Below, piece after piece: positions 50,162 to 57,293 of a stretch of 64,000 nt of DNA. Origin of the DNA: a virus (Duplodnaviria; Caudoviricetes); the IMG/VR virus record IMGVR_UViG_3300032234_000392, positions 64,001 to 128,000 of that record, one strand, 5' to 3'. The number at the start of each line of letters is the position of its first letter. The first letter of the stretch is position 1. Both the position numbers and the translations under genes were made by a program. Under the pieces are notes generated by a model that saw only the letters and a list, made by a program, of their open reading frames with translations, was not told the DNA's origin and ran no database searches.

Positions 50162-50244
50162 TGGTGCCCCAGGACGGACTCGAACCGTCACGCTTGCGCA
50201 CTGGCTTCTAAGACCAGCGTGTCTACCAATTCCACCACCAGGGC
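50162..50244 (-). tRNA. tRNA-Leu(TAG)
   Basis: CTGGT-CTTAGAA-GCCAG, class II variable arm. Confidence 0.95.
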
Positions 50245-50266
50245 ATATTTCTTTCTTACAAAGTAT

Positions 50267-50295
50267 ATTATATAGCCTTTCATCTACTATGTCAA
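50267..50295 (-). promoter_or_regulatory. sigma70 promoter inside the tRNA array
   Basis: TTGACA-17-TATAAT. Confidence 0.8.
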
Positions 50296-50304
50296 CACTT
50301 ATTT

Positions 50305-50396
50305 TGGTACCAGCGGAGGGAATCGAACCCTCTCAAGAACGCTAATCTGGCGCTAAAAGTCTTATAAGGACTCTCTGACTACCAAGTCTCACTGGC
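50305..50396 (-). tRNA. non-canonical tRNA, anticodon TAT (nominally Ile)
   Basis: Acceptor GCCAGTG/CGCTGGT-ACCA, D arm GACT-TGGT-AGTC, stem GAGAGTC-CTTATAA-GACTTTT, long variable arm. Confidence 0.75.
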
Positions 50397-50402
50397 ATTG
50401 AT

Positions 50403-50477
50403 TGGCCGGTCCGGAGAGATTCGAACTCCCGACAGCTGGTTTCGAAGACCAGAACTCTTCCACTGAGCTACGGACCG
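50403..50477 (-). tRNA. tRNA-Arg(TCG)
   Basis: CTGGT-CTTCGAA-ACCAG, GCCA end. Confidence 0.92.
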
Positions 50478-50478
50478 A

Positions 50479-50568
50479 TGGCGGAAGCGGTGAGATTCGA
50501 ACTCACGGTGCCTTGCGACACGACAGTTTTCAAGACTGCTGCCTTAAACCAGACTCAGCCACACTTCC
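50479..50568 (-). tRNA. tRNA-Ser(TGA)
   Basis: GCAGT-CTTGAAA-ACTGT, long variable arm. Confidence 0.95.
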
Positions 50569-50575
50569 TTATTTT

Positions 50576-50658
50576 TGGTACCCCAGACGGGAGTCGAACC
50601 CGCAACTAGTCTGTCTCTTGAACAGATGCGTCTACCTAGTATTTTGCGCCACTGGGGC
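50576..50658 (-). tRNA. atypical tRNA-Leu (AAG, or CAA in an alternative register)
   Basis: TCTGT-TCAAGAG-ACAGA; enlarged D loop, short variable region, A73. Confidence 0.65.
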
Positions 50659-50664
50659 ATAGCT

Positions 50665-50738
50665 TGGAGCGGGTAGCGAGAATCGAACTCGCGAATAAAC
50701 CTTGGCAAGGTTTCAGGTTACCATTACATCATACCCGC
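50665..50738 (-). tRNA. tRNA-Gly(GCC)
   Basis: AAACC-TTGCCAA-GGTTT, TCCA end. Confidence 0.93.
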
Positions 50739-50744
50739 ATTGTT

Positions 50745-50822
50745 TGGAGTGAAGGGTCGGATTCGAACCGACGGCTTTAGAGTTTTGCAGACTCTTGCAT
50801 TGGGCCTCTCTGCCACCTTCAC
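50745..50822 (-). tRNA. tRNA-Cys(GCA)
   Basis: AGAGT-CTGCAAA-ACTCT, U73. Confidence 0.93.
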
Positions 50823-50824
50823 GT

Positions 50825-50898
50825 TGGCGAATCTCCAGGGAATCGAACCCCGATCTGCGGTTTTGGAGACCGATGTAATGCCATTATACCAGAGACTC
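50825..50898 (-). tRNA. tRNA-Trp(CCA)
   Basis: TCGGT-CTCCAAA-ACCGC, G73. Confidence 0.9.
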
Positions 50899-50902
50899 AT
50901 AT

Positions 50903-50977
50903 TGGTACACCTAAGGAGAATCGAACTCCTCTTCCCGCCGTGAAAGGGCGGTGTCCTAACCGATAGACGATAGGTGC
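50903..50977 (-). tRNA. tRNA-Glu(TTC)
   Basis: CCGCC-CTTTCAC-GGCGG. Confidence 0.95.
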
Positions 50978-50985
50978 ATAAAACT

Positions 50986-51062
50986 TGGCGGAGTAGACGG
51001 GACTCGAACCCGCGACCCTCGGCGTGACAGGCCGATATTCTAACCAACTGAACTACCACTCC
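50986..51062 (-). tRNA. tRNA-Asp(GTC)
   Basis: TCGGC-CTGTCAC-GCCGA. Confidence 0.95.
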
Positions 51063-51070
51063 ATACAACT

Positions 51071-51099
51071 ATTATAACAGCAAATGACGCTGCTGTCAA
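51071..51099 (-). promoter_or_regulatory. sigma70 promoter inside the tRNA array
   Basis: TTGACA-17-TATAAT with TG extension. Confidence 0.8.
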
Positions 51100-51106
51100 C
51101 CTTTTT

Positions 51107-51191
51107 TGGTGCGACTGGCCAGAATCGAACTGGCATGGATTGCTCCGCAAGATTTTAAGTCTTGTGTGTCTACCGATTTCACCACAGTCGC
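51107..51191 (-). tRNA. tRNA-Leu(TAA)
   Basis: CAAGA-CTTAAAA-TCTTG, class II variable arm. Confidence 0.95.
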
Positions 51192-51197
51192 AAATTC

Positions 51198-51282
51198 TGG
51201 TGGAGATGATAAGAATCGAACTTATTCACCCGAAGGAACAGATTTACAGTCTGCCGCCACTCTCCAACTTAGCCGCATCTCC
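51198..51282 (-). tRNA. tRNA-Tyr(GTA)
   Basis: GCAGA-CTGTAAA-TCTGT, variable arm with TTCG loop. Confidence 0.95.
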
Positions 51283-51285
51283 GAA

Positions 51286-51442
51286 TCACACTCTTAAGAA
51301 TGTGTGTATCAAAGCATACTCAAACGAATACGCTTTGGTACGCTGTAATTTTTCACACTACAAAAAGTGCTTCATCCTACAGGCCGCCCGTTCGTCCATG
51401 TTTAGAGTGCAGACTGGGACCTCGTTTCCCTTACACACTTTG
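51286..51442 (-). ncRNA. candidate structured ncRNA upstream of tRNA-Tyr
   Basis: 16-bp hairpin at 51306-51341, outer helix GTGTGTA/TACACAC, possible pseudoknot GCACTCT/AGAGTGT. Confidence 0.5.
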
Positions 51443-51444
51443 TA

Positions 51445-51609
51445 CTAATTTACGCTAAAGGTTGGTGATTTTAACACCGCCTTCTGATATATCTTAGCAC
51501 GATCAAACTTATCTTGAATAAGTTTTTGAAGTTGCTCTTTGGTAAGAACATTTTCATAAGCCTGCTCAACGACACGTTCATTTAATTTTTCGTAATCTAT
51601 CTGTTTCAT
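51445..51609 (-). CDS. small hypothetical protein (54 aa), first gene after the attenuator
   Basis: Hand translation MKQIDYEKLNERVVEQAYE...FSVN; AAAGGA SD. Confidence 0.6.
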   Translation of the reverse strand: MKQIDYEKLNERVVEQAYENVLTKEQLQKLIQDKFDRAKIYQKAVLKSPTFSVN

Positions 51610-51621
51610 TTTGTCCTTTAT

Positions 51622-51654
51622 AAAACAAAAAACCCCAGGTTTTAATCCTAGGGT
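51622..51654 (-). terminator. intrinsic terminator of the putative attenuator
   Basis: ACCCTAGG-ATTAAAA-CCTGGGGT-TTTTTGTTTT. Confidence 0.8.
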
Positions 51655-51709
51655 CCTTGAAGTTTATGTTTAGTTATTTGTTAACTGTACACGATCTCCT
51701 TGGACCCTA
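51649..51709 (-). promoter_or_regulatory. antiterminator hairpin covering the leader stop codon
   Basis: TAGGGTCC-AA-GGAG-ATC-GTGT-AC-AGTTA-ACAAA-TAACT-AA-ACAT-AAA-CTTC-AA-GGACCCTA; 3' strand overlaps the terminator 5' strand. Confidence 0.7.
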
Positions 51710-51824
51710 CACGTAGTAAACGATCATTTGTCACACTTGATTCAATCGCATACCAGCAAGAAGGCATCACGCCGCCTAGCTTGGCTATGGATATTGAATC
51801 TTGTGTATGATATGTCGTTTGCAT
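51681..51824 (-). CDS. putative attenuator leader peptide (47 aa)
   Basis: MQTTYHTQDSISIAKLGGVMPSCWYAIESSVTNDRLLRVGSKEIVYS; AGGA SD; directly after the promoter. Confidence 0.65.
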   Translation of the reverse strand: MQTTYHTQDSISIAKLGGVMPSCWYAIESSVTNDRLLRVGSKEIVYS

Positions 51825-51844
51825 CTGTTTCCTAAGTAAGTACA

Positions 51845-51873
51845 ATTATATAGTCTTTTTATTTAGCTGTCAA
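51845..51873 (-). promoter_or_regulatory. sigma70 promoter at the head of the tRNA array
   Basis: TTGACA-17-TATAAT. Confidence 0.8.
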
Positions 51874-51910
51874 TAGATATATGGTATGATAATGTGGCAT
51901 TTTTACAACA

Positions 51911-52180
51911 TTATTCCATTTCTACTATGCCAGTCTCTCCAGCGATAAGCAAGTGTTTGCCAATTTCAAAAAGTCCAACTCCACCCGGTAGGTCAAGAGC
52001 ACAAGCATGGATCTGAGTAAGTCCGTCGCTGTCTATACTAGCAGCCACAAACTCTGTAATCTCTCCGCTCTGGACCATCATACGCATAGAGTCGATGACA
52101 TCTAGTAAATCTTGTTTGCGTTTAGCTTCAGCTGCTTCTTTACCGCCAAGAACTACTATATTTGAATCTGTTTTCATCAT
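51911..52180 (-). CDS. hypothetical protein
   Basis: ORF downstream of clpP. Confidence 0.6.
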   Translation of the reverse strand: MMKTDSNIVVLGGKEAAEAKRKQDLLDVIDSMRMMVQSGEITEFVAASIDSDGLTQIHACALDLPGGVGLFEIGKHLLIAGETGIVEME

Positions 52181-52185
52181 TGTCT

Positions 52186-52749
52186 TTATTTTAAAATGTA
52201 ATCTGCTGCACCATGCTCGACCATTTCCTGTGCTGTCATGTAAACATCAGTTGGCGGCAGTAGCCTTTTCTTAACATAAGTTGGCGGTTGTTTGGTAGCG
52301 GCTGCTAAAACATCAACCATCTTACTATTAAGCAATTCTGTTTCTTTCATTTCAGCTTTGAGATCGTGATACTTACCGTCTGTGCCTGAACTGAACTGAT
52401 GACACATACAGCTGGTATTATGGGCAACATATCGTTCACCACGAGTACCTGCTGCCACGATCAAAAATGCTGCACTCATCACAGTACCTATACCAATGGT
52501 ACGAATTTTATGCACACTAGAATTCATGATATCTATTAAGGCAAATGCCTGATATAAATCGCCGCCTGTAGAATTCACGTATAGCGTTAGTATTTTATCC
52601 TGATTAGGATTAAGATCTTCGTAGGCAATCCATTTAATACATTTTTCTACGTTTTCTTCTTCGATTTCTCCCGAGAGGAAAAATACTGAATTTTCCAGCA
52701 ATGCAATATCAATACGTTCTTCTGCATTAAATTCGGTAATATTTTTCAC
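52186..52749 (-). CDS. clpP: ClpP-family protease subunit
   Basis: FLSGEI, LYVNSTGG, catalytic Ser in VMSAA, His in MCHQ, YMTAQE..E.G..D. Confidence 0.85.
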   Translation of the reverse strand: MKNITEFNAEERIDIALLENSVFFLSGEIEEENVEKCIKWIAYEDLNPNQDKILTLYVNSTGGDLYQAFALIDIMNSSVHKIRTIGIGTVMSAAFLIVAAGTRGERYVAHNTSCMCHQFSSGTDGKYHDLKAEMKETELLNSKMVDVLAAATKQPPTYVKKRLLPPTDVYMTAQEMVEHGAADYILK

Positions 52750-52808
52750 TTGGGCTCCGTTGAATTACACTTACTTATCTCTTTGTTAATTATAGCATCA
52801 GTTTATAT

Positions 52809-53186
52809 TTAAGCCAACATAATTACGCCAATAATTGCAATATAGGTAAGATAGTGCAGACCCTGATCTGCGCCAAACCATACCCAAAACATACGATCTG
52901 CTGTGGTCAGCCCGCGATTTAACTGTTGTTTTAGCCAATCGACATGATAGTGTACAACTCCATCAATTAGACCCAAAACTACTGCGGCAAAGTGTGCGAA
53001 CGGACCCCACGGTAGTACTATTACCAATACCACAAATGTACCCAAGGCATGAATCAGGGCATGTTCGAGACCTCCGCGAGCTCCATAAGTTCCTTTTTGT
53101 GCTACCATATGAGGATACTGTAATAGGAAATCACAGACAAAATGTTTGACGCCAAACAGGGCTAATAGTAAGATTACTGTGGTCAT
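52809..53186 (-). CDS. DUF3307 membrane protein
   Basis: KHFVCDFLLQ, H.LIH, HYHVDWLK, DQGLH. Confidence 0.8.
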   Translation of the reverse strand: MTTVILLLALFGVKHFVCDFLLQYPHMVAQKGTYGARGGLEHALIHALGTFVVLVIVLPWGPFAHFAAVVLGLIDGVVHYHVDWLKQQLNRGLTTADRMFWVWFGADQGLHYLTYIAIIGVIMLA

Positions 53187-53362
53187 TCTGGTAAAGATCT
53201 AAATCTCAGCAAAAAGCTCTCTTCATAACAGCTGAATTCTCGACATTCCTTGCAATTATCTTGCTCATAATGAATCCATATTTTTCCGTCAAGTTCTACT
53301 CTATGAACTACGTGAAATATATTGCCTTCATTACTTACCCACCTTGATCCTTCTTTGACCAT
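53183..53362 (-). CDS. small hypothetical protein (59 aa)
   Basis: Hand translation MVKEGSRW...FSCYEESFLLRF; GGAG SD; ATGA overlap. Confidence 0.55.
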   Translation of the reverse strand: MVKEGSRWVSNEGNIFHVVHRVELDGKIWIHYEQDNCKECREFSCYEESFLLRFRSLPE

Positions 53363-53371
53363 ACGCTCTCC

Positions 53372-53773
53372 TTACTTGAAATTTTCTAATGCATCAGTGT
53401 CTACATTCTCTACCATATGTAGCATAAATCGATAGCCGTCCCAGGCTTTCTTTACAGCATCACTATCACTATTTACTGTTGGGAACATATCTACCCAAAC
53501 TGAATTCTCAGGTTGCTTGTGTCTGTGCATACCTTGTCTGCGTGGCTGCAGAATACGATTTGAATTCCAAAGAGCCAAAGCCACACGTCGACATTCTTCT
53601 TCGTCTAGCATATAAAGGTAATCATCTCGATACAAATAGCTATCAACTACTTGTACTAATTGATCTTCTTCGTGAATGTTTGTGGCTGCAATAACAAAGG
53701 CCACATCATCAAGAGCAACTTCTCCCTTGACAATATCACGAATACAACGACCAAGACTGAATCCAATTTTCAT
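53372..53773 (-). CDS. hypothetical protein
   Basis: MKIGFSLGRCIRDI ORF with GGAG SD. Confidence 0.65.
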   Translation of the reverse strand: MKIGFSLGRCIRDIVKGEVALDDVAFVIAATNIHEEDQLVQVVDSYLYRDDYLYMLDEEECRRVALALWNSNRILQPRRQGMHRHKQPENSVWVDMFPTVNSDSDAVKKAWDGYRFMLHMVENVDTDALENFK

Positions 53774-54157
53774 TCTTTGACTCCAAAATGTTCTAACAAA
53801 TCTCTGCCAGTACGATCAGCATACTCATCCATAAATTCAGCAGATTCCTTAATTAATAACTGGGCGAATAAATCTAATCCTTCTTGATCAGGATTAAAGT
53901 CTATGCCCGCCTGCTGTTTGAGTTCTTGAAGCCGACGAGTCATTTAGGCTCCGTAGTATGTCTGTGCTTGTTCAGCAGCTCGTTCTCGTAGTTGTTGATC
54001 CACTCGTTGAACAGCTTCTTTACGTTCTTGATCAGTAAGTTCATAGCATTTAGGGTTCCCTTTAGGATCACGCATTAGCGGATAATCTCGTTGTTTCTTT
54101 TGAAAAAGTTTGGAAATCATGTGAATGTCTTTCAGTTGATGATATACTATTATAACA

Positions 54158-54412
54158 TCATTTCCATTTTAAAGCAAACATTATTTTGTCCGCTTCTTCA
54201 ATAAAATAAAAAGCTGAAACACTGTCATAGTTGTAGTCGACATCGGAGGTATCTACTAATTCTGCCCAAACGAAACTTTGACAGTGTGCTCGAGCCCATT
54301 TTTTCATACGCCACATAGGCTCAACAGGGTCGGAAAGAAGTACCCGATGACATTGATCTAATACGTGTTGTGGCGGCGTTAAATCGTAATTGTTAACGTG
54401 CATTATGACCAT
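54158..54412 (-). CDS. small paralog family member (F..E.D...F.LKW C-terminus)
   Basis: FYFIEEADKIMFALKWK. Confidence 0.65.
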   Translation of the reverse strand: MVIMHVNNYDLTPPQHVLDQCHRVLLSDPVEPMWRMKKWARAHCQSFVWAELVDTSDVDYNYDSVSAFYFIEEADKIMFALKWK

Positions 54413-54666
54413 TTCATGGCAAACATAGTAGCATCTTGTTCATTTTGAAAATACCAAACTCGATTGCTGCCACGTACAATGTCTCTGAACTTGCCTGCAC
54501 AATGCTCCATACACCAACATAGTTTATCTTCGTAGTTGTCATGCAACACTAAAGGGACACCGTGCCATCCTTCCAAAATAGTCATTAATCGTTCGTGTTG
54601 TATTAATCCAACATCTTCAGAAATCATGTCTAGTCGAACTGTCATTTGCCGTGCCTCAACAACCAT
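54403..54666 (-). CDS. small paralog family member
   Basis: WCMEHC...WYFQNEQDATMFAMKWS. Confidence 0.65.
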   Translation of the reverse strand: MVVEARQMTVRLDMISEDVGLIQHERLMTILEGWHGVPLVLHDNYEDKLCWCMEHCAGKFRDIVRGSNRVWYFQNEQDATMFAMKWS

Positions 54667-54884
54667 TCGGTTAGTGCCGGTCCTGTGAGTTTAGCTCGTA
54701 TCTCATATTTGTATCCATAACTTATATGATCTGCCATCCTATACCAAGAGGGAGTTTCACAGGCATGTGTCATAACCCATTGTCCTGTATCACTCTTTTC
54801 CCATTCGTGTAATGGTTGGGCAGCATAGAGATCTGGATCTTCCACATCACCCATGGTAAAACTATGAACAACTATTTCTTTCAT
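54642..54884 (-). CDS. hypothetical protein (possibly divergent family member)
   Basis: MGDVEDPDLYAA...WVMTHA...TEWLLRH. Confidence 0.65.
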   Translation of the reverse strand: MKEIVVHSFTMGDVEDPDLYAAQPLHEWEKSDTGQWVMTHACETPSWYRMADHISYGYKYEIRAKLTGPALTEWLLRHGK

Positions 54885-55164
54885 GTGTAATATATTTTAG
54901 TGCAAATACTGTTGCTTCGACATCGCTGCTGATATAAACTGTATGCATGGGGTCTCCCGAATTAAATCGAAATGCATGATCTGCTGTAGGACAATTTGTA
55001 TTCATCCACCCTATAAAATCATGATCATCGGCAGGATAGACCCAGCAGTACCAACCGCGAGGCATAGGATCCGTATTGGTAATTAAAAATGATGAATAAT
55101 TTGGAATCGTTGCGCCATCTTCAAATCGCCAGTAGTGTACCGATGTTGTTGATCTCATAGCCAT
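54862..55164 (-). CDS. small paralog family member
   Basis: WMNTNC...DVEATVFALKY. Confidence 0.6.
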   Translation of the reverse strand: MAMRSTTSVHYWRFEDGATIPNYSSFLITNTDPMPRGWYCWVYPADDHDFIGWMNTNCPTADHAFRFNSGDPMHTVYISSDVEATVFALKYITHERNSCS

Positions 55165-55415
55165 TTTAGTGTAAACGTCACAGCATCGCCCTGATCTTCA
55201 AAAATAAAATGTCTGCCGTTTCTATGAAATTTTCCTTGACAATTATCTGTTAACCAGTAGGTAATATCAACAGCATGTTTGTTATCTTGCAACTTTGATA
55301 GATCTATGCGGTGCCAACCGCAAGATTTGACTAACACATCAGTAAGGATTTCAAAGTCTATGGCACTATGCATCTGTGTGCCTAATTCTTCTAGTATTTG
55401 ATCTTGCATATTCAT
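55155..55415 (-). CDS. small paralog family member
   Basis: WLTDNC...FIFEDQGDAVTFTLKWL. Confidence 0.65.
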   Translation of the reverse strand: MNMQDQILEELGTQMHSAIDFEILTDVLVKSCGWHRIDLSKLQDNKHAVDITYWLTDNCQGKFHRNGRHFIFEDQGDAVTFTLKWL

Positions 55416-55666
55416 TTTAATACATTGCCTTTAGCACCGCCCCAACGTAGCATAAACATTGTGGCATCATAGTCATCTGAAAATTGAAAATAAAGAGCAT
55501 GTGTGCTTTCACAGCGCCAAATGCCTTTACAGGTTGTTTCACACCATGATTTCATTTCGGGCAGTGTAGTATAACCTATCTGGTCAAAGTTTACACGATA
55601 GGGAAATATAGCCCTTGCTCGAGTGGCTAATAGTTCACCTAGTGTGGCAATCTTAGTTTTTGACAT
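55412..55666 (-). CDS. small paralog family member
   Basis: WCETTC...FQFSDDYDATMFMLRWG. Confidence 0.65.
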   Translation of the reverse strand: MSKTKIATLGELLATRARAIFPYRVNFDQIGYTTLPEMKSWCETTCKGIWRCESTHALYFQFSDDYDATMFMLRWGGAKGNVLK

Positions 55667-55667
55667 C

Positions 55668-55991
55668 TTAGGACCAAGTTCTATGCTCTTCAGCTACCCA
55701 CTCTGCACCATCGTAGTCCTGCACGATCCACTTAACATCACCCGGCACTTCAACAATTTTTAGATTAGAGTGAGGACCGTTTGCACTCATACCTAACTCT
55801 CGAACAATCTTAAGCAGGTAAGGATCATCGCGTGGAATATCTCTATCGCAAAAACTAGGATCATTGATGCCTGCTAGTTTTTTGTATTCAAGAATAGCAC
55901 GATCGCTGAGGCCAAAACCTCCGTAGCAGTCGTTGATCACAATATATTGAAGTCCACGCAGTTGATCAATGAACTTTTCTACTTCACTCAT
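55668..55991 (-). CDS. phage hypothetical protein
   Basis: IVINDCYGGFGLS...RDDP.L...YDGAEWVAEEHRTW. Confidence 0.7.
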   Translation of the reverse strand: MSEVEKFIDQLRGLQYIVINDCYGGFGLSDRAILEYKKLAGINDPSFCDRDIPRDDPYLLKIVRELGMSANGPHSNLKIVEVPGDVKWIVQDYDGAEWVAEEHRTWS

Positions 55992-56548
55992 TTTTTCTTT
56001 TTCTTTTTTGGTACAGGAAAATCAATAGGATTGTCTGTGCCTGTTTCATGCAGAGCAATTACATTACGCAGAATATCTTCTACTAATTGATTTAAAGTAA
56101 TATCCTGTTCGTGTGCTCTTTTCATCAATTCAAATAATTGATCATCATCCAAACGCAACGGCAGGTCGATACGGGTGTCATAATCTTCGCCACTTATAAT
56201 ACTTTGTGCCTTGTCTAAAAAATCTTCGTCTGTTTCTAAATCCACATAGTTAATACCGTCCCAAGCTTCATTAGATGCCACTTCACGATCGACTGCTTCA
56301 CTATCGTATTTGTCTTTGTAATCGAAATTAATTAAACGATAAGCACGATTGTGTTTGTAATCATGTGCTTGAACTTCATAGACTTCGTGTGTACGAGTAT
56401 CAAAAATAATGCCTAAACTGTGTCCGTTGTGATCTTGATTCCAGTAGTTCAAACTGTAAGCATTAGATCCATAACAGTTCCAACAATAGTCGCTACCTTC
56501 GGTGACTCGATAGTCAACAGTCTCCATAAAATCTTTAAACGTAATCAT
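55988..56548 (-). CDS. hypothetical protein with C-terminal RHH-like segment
   Basis: Start MITFKDFME; AHEQDITLNQLVEDIL. Confidence 0.65.
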   Translation of the reverse strand: MITFKDFMETVDYRVTEGSDYCWNCYGSNAYSLNYWNQDHNGHSLGIIFDTRTHEVYEVQAHDYKHNRAYRLINFDYKDKYDSEAVDREVASNEAWDGINYVDLETDEDFLDKAQSIISGEDYDTRIDLPLRLDDDQLFELMKRAHEQDITLNQLVEDILRNVIALHETGTDNPIDFPVPKKKKKK

Positions 56549-56761
56549 GCTACAATCCTTCCAATAGCAGAAACAATAAGATAGACTCCAAAAACTGCAC
56601 CCAGTAGGCTCATGTACCAATCGCGAAAGTTCTTGCTTTCGAGAGCCATGCCAAACGTAGTACCTGCAAAGAAAACTGCAAGAATACCTAACACAAGATA
56701 AAATAAAATCATAAACCGCCTTTCATATGATACACTATTATAGCATCATTCGACGAAAAAG

Positions 56762-57049
56762 TCAATCTACGATAGCGTAAATTTCATCTTCACGCAATAC
56801 CAATAGATCCTCTCCGTCCAATTTAACCGAGACTCCGGTATTTGGATAGTAGGCCACAACATCATCAACTTTGACTGTTAGTGGAATTACTGTGCCTCGT
56901 TTGGTTGTTCGTCCTTCGCCTACCTTTAATACTTTTCCTTGTAAAGGAGCATCGGTTGGAGTGGCCAATACCACAATACCGCCAGCAGAAGCCTCATCAT
57001 TTGATGTTTTTCTAATTAATATACGATCACCTAAAATTTCTACACTCAT
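56762..57049 (-). CDS. groES: co-chaperonin GroES homolog
   Basis: LGDRILI, SAGGIV, G.V..VGEG, PLTVKVDDVV, LREDEI. Confidence 0.9.
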   Translation of the reverse strand: MSVEILGDRILIRKTSNDEASAGGIVVLATPTDAPLQGKVLKVGEGRTTKRGTVIPLTVKVDDVVAYYPNTGVSVKLDGEDLLVLREDEIYAIVD

Positions 57050-57050
57050 A

Positions 57051-57293
57051 TTATCTCCTGTTAAGTTCTGCCCACGTTAAAAATTGTTTGAAACCGTTGT
57101 ACACAGCTTCTGCTTCTTTGTCATCCTGTGCAACTTTTACACCTCGGACCCAAAATCCATCAGGACCAATCTTCAACATTTCTGTAGCACCTGCATAACA
57201 GATAATATTGTTAGGTTCGGGCTCACGAAATTTATATTCAGTTCCCCAATTTTCAGTTGCGGATTGTACTGCGTCAAAGTTGTAGTTAGACAT
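57051..57293 (-). CDS. hypothetical protein
   Basis: Coupled ORF. Confidence 0.6.
   Translation of the reverse strand: MSNYNFDAVQSATENWGTEYKFREPEPNNIICYAGATEMLKIGPDGFWVRGVKVAQDDKEAEAVYNGFKQFLTWAELNRR

Noticed and set aside
50162-51191. Suppressor tRNAs or stop-codon recoding suggested by anticodons TGA, TAG and TAA
   Set aside because: These anticodons read TCA (Ser), CTA (Leu) and TTA (Leu); genes translate intact in the standard code and use all three stops
49096-51448. ORF-track entries across the tRNA array (e.g. 49096-49455, 49882-50157, 50402-50662, 50724-51068, 51106-51297), and similarly 11928-12125
   Set aside because: They overlap tRNA or ncRNA sequences, mostly antisense, and lack SD sites or protein motifs
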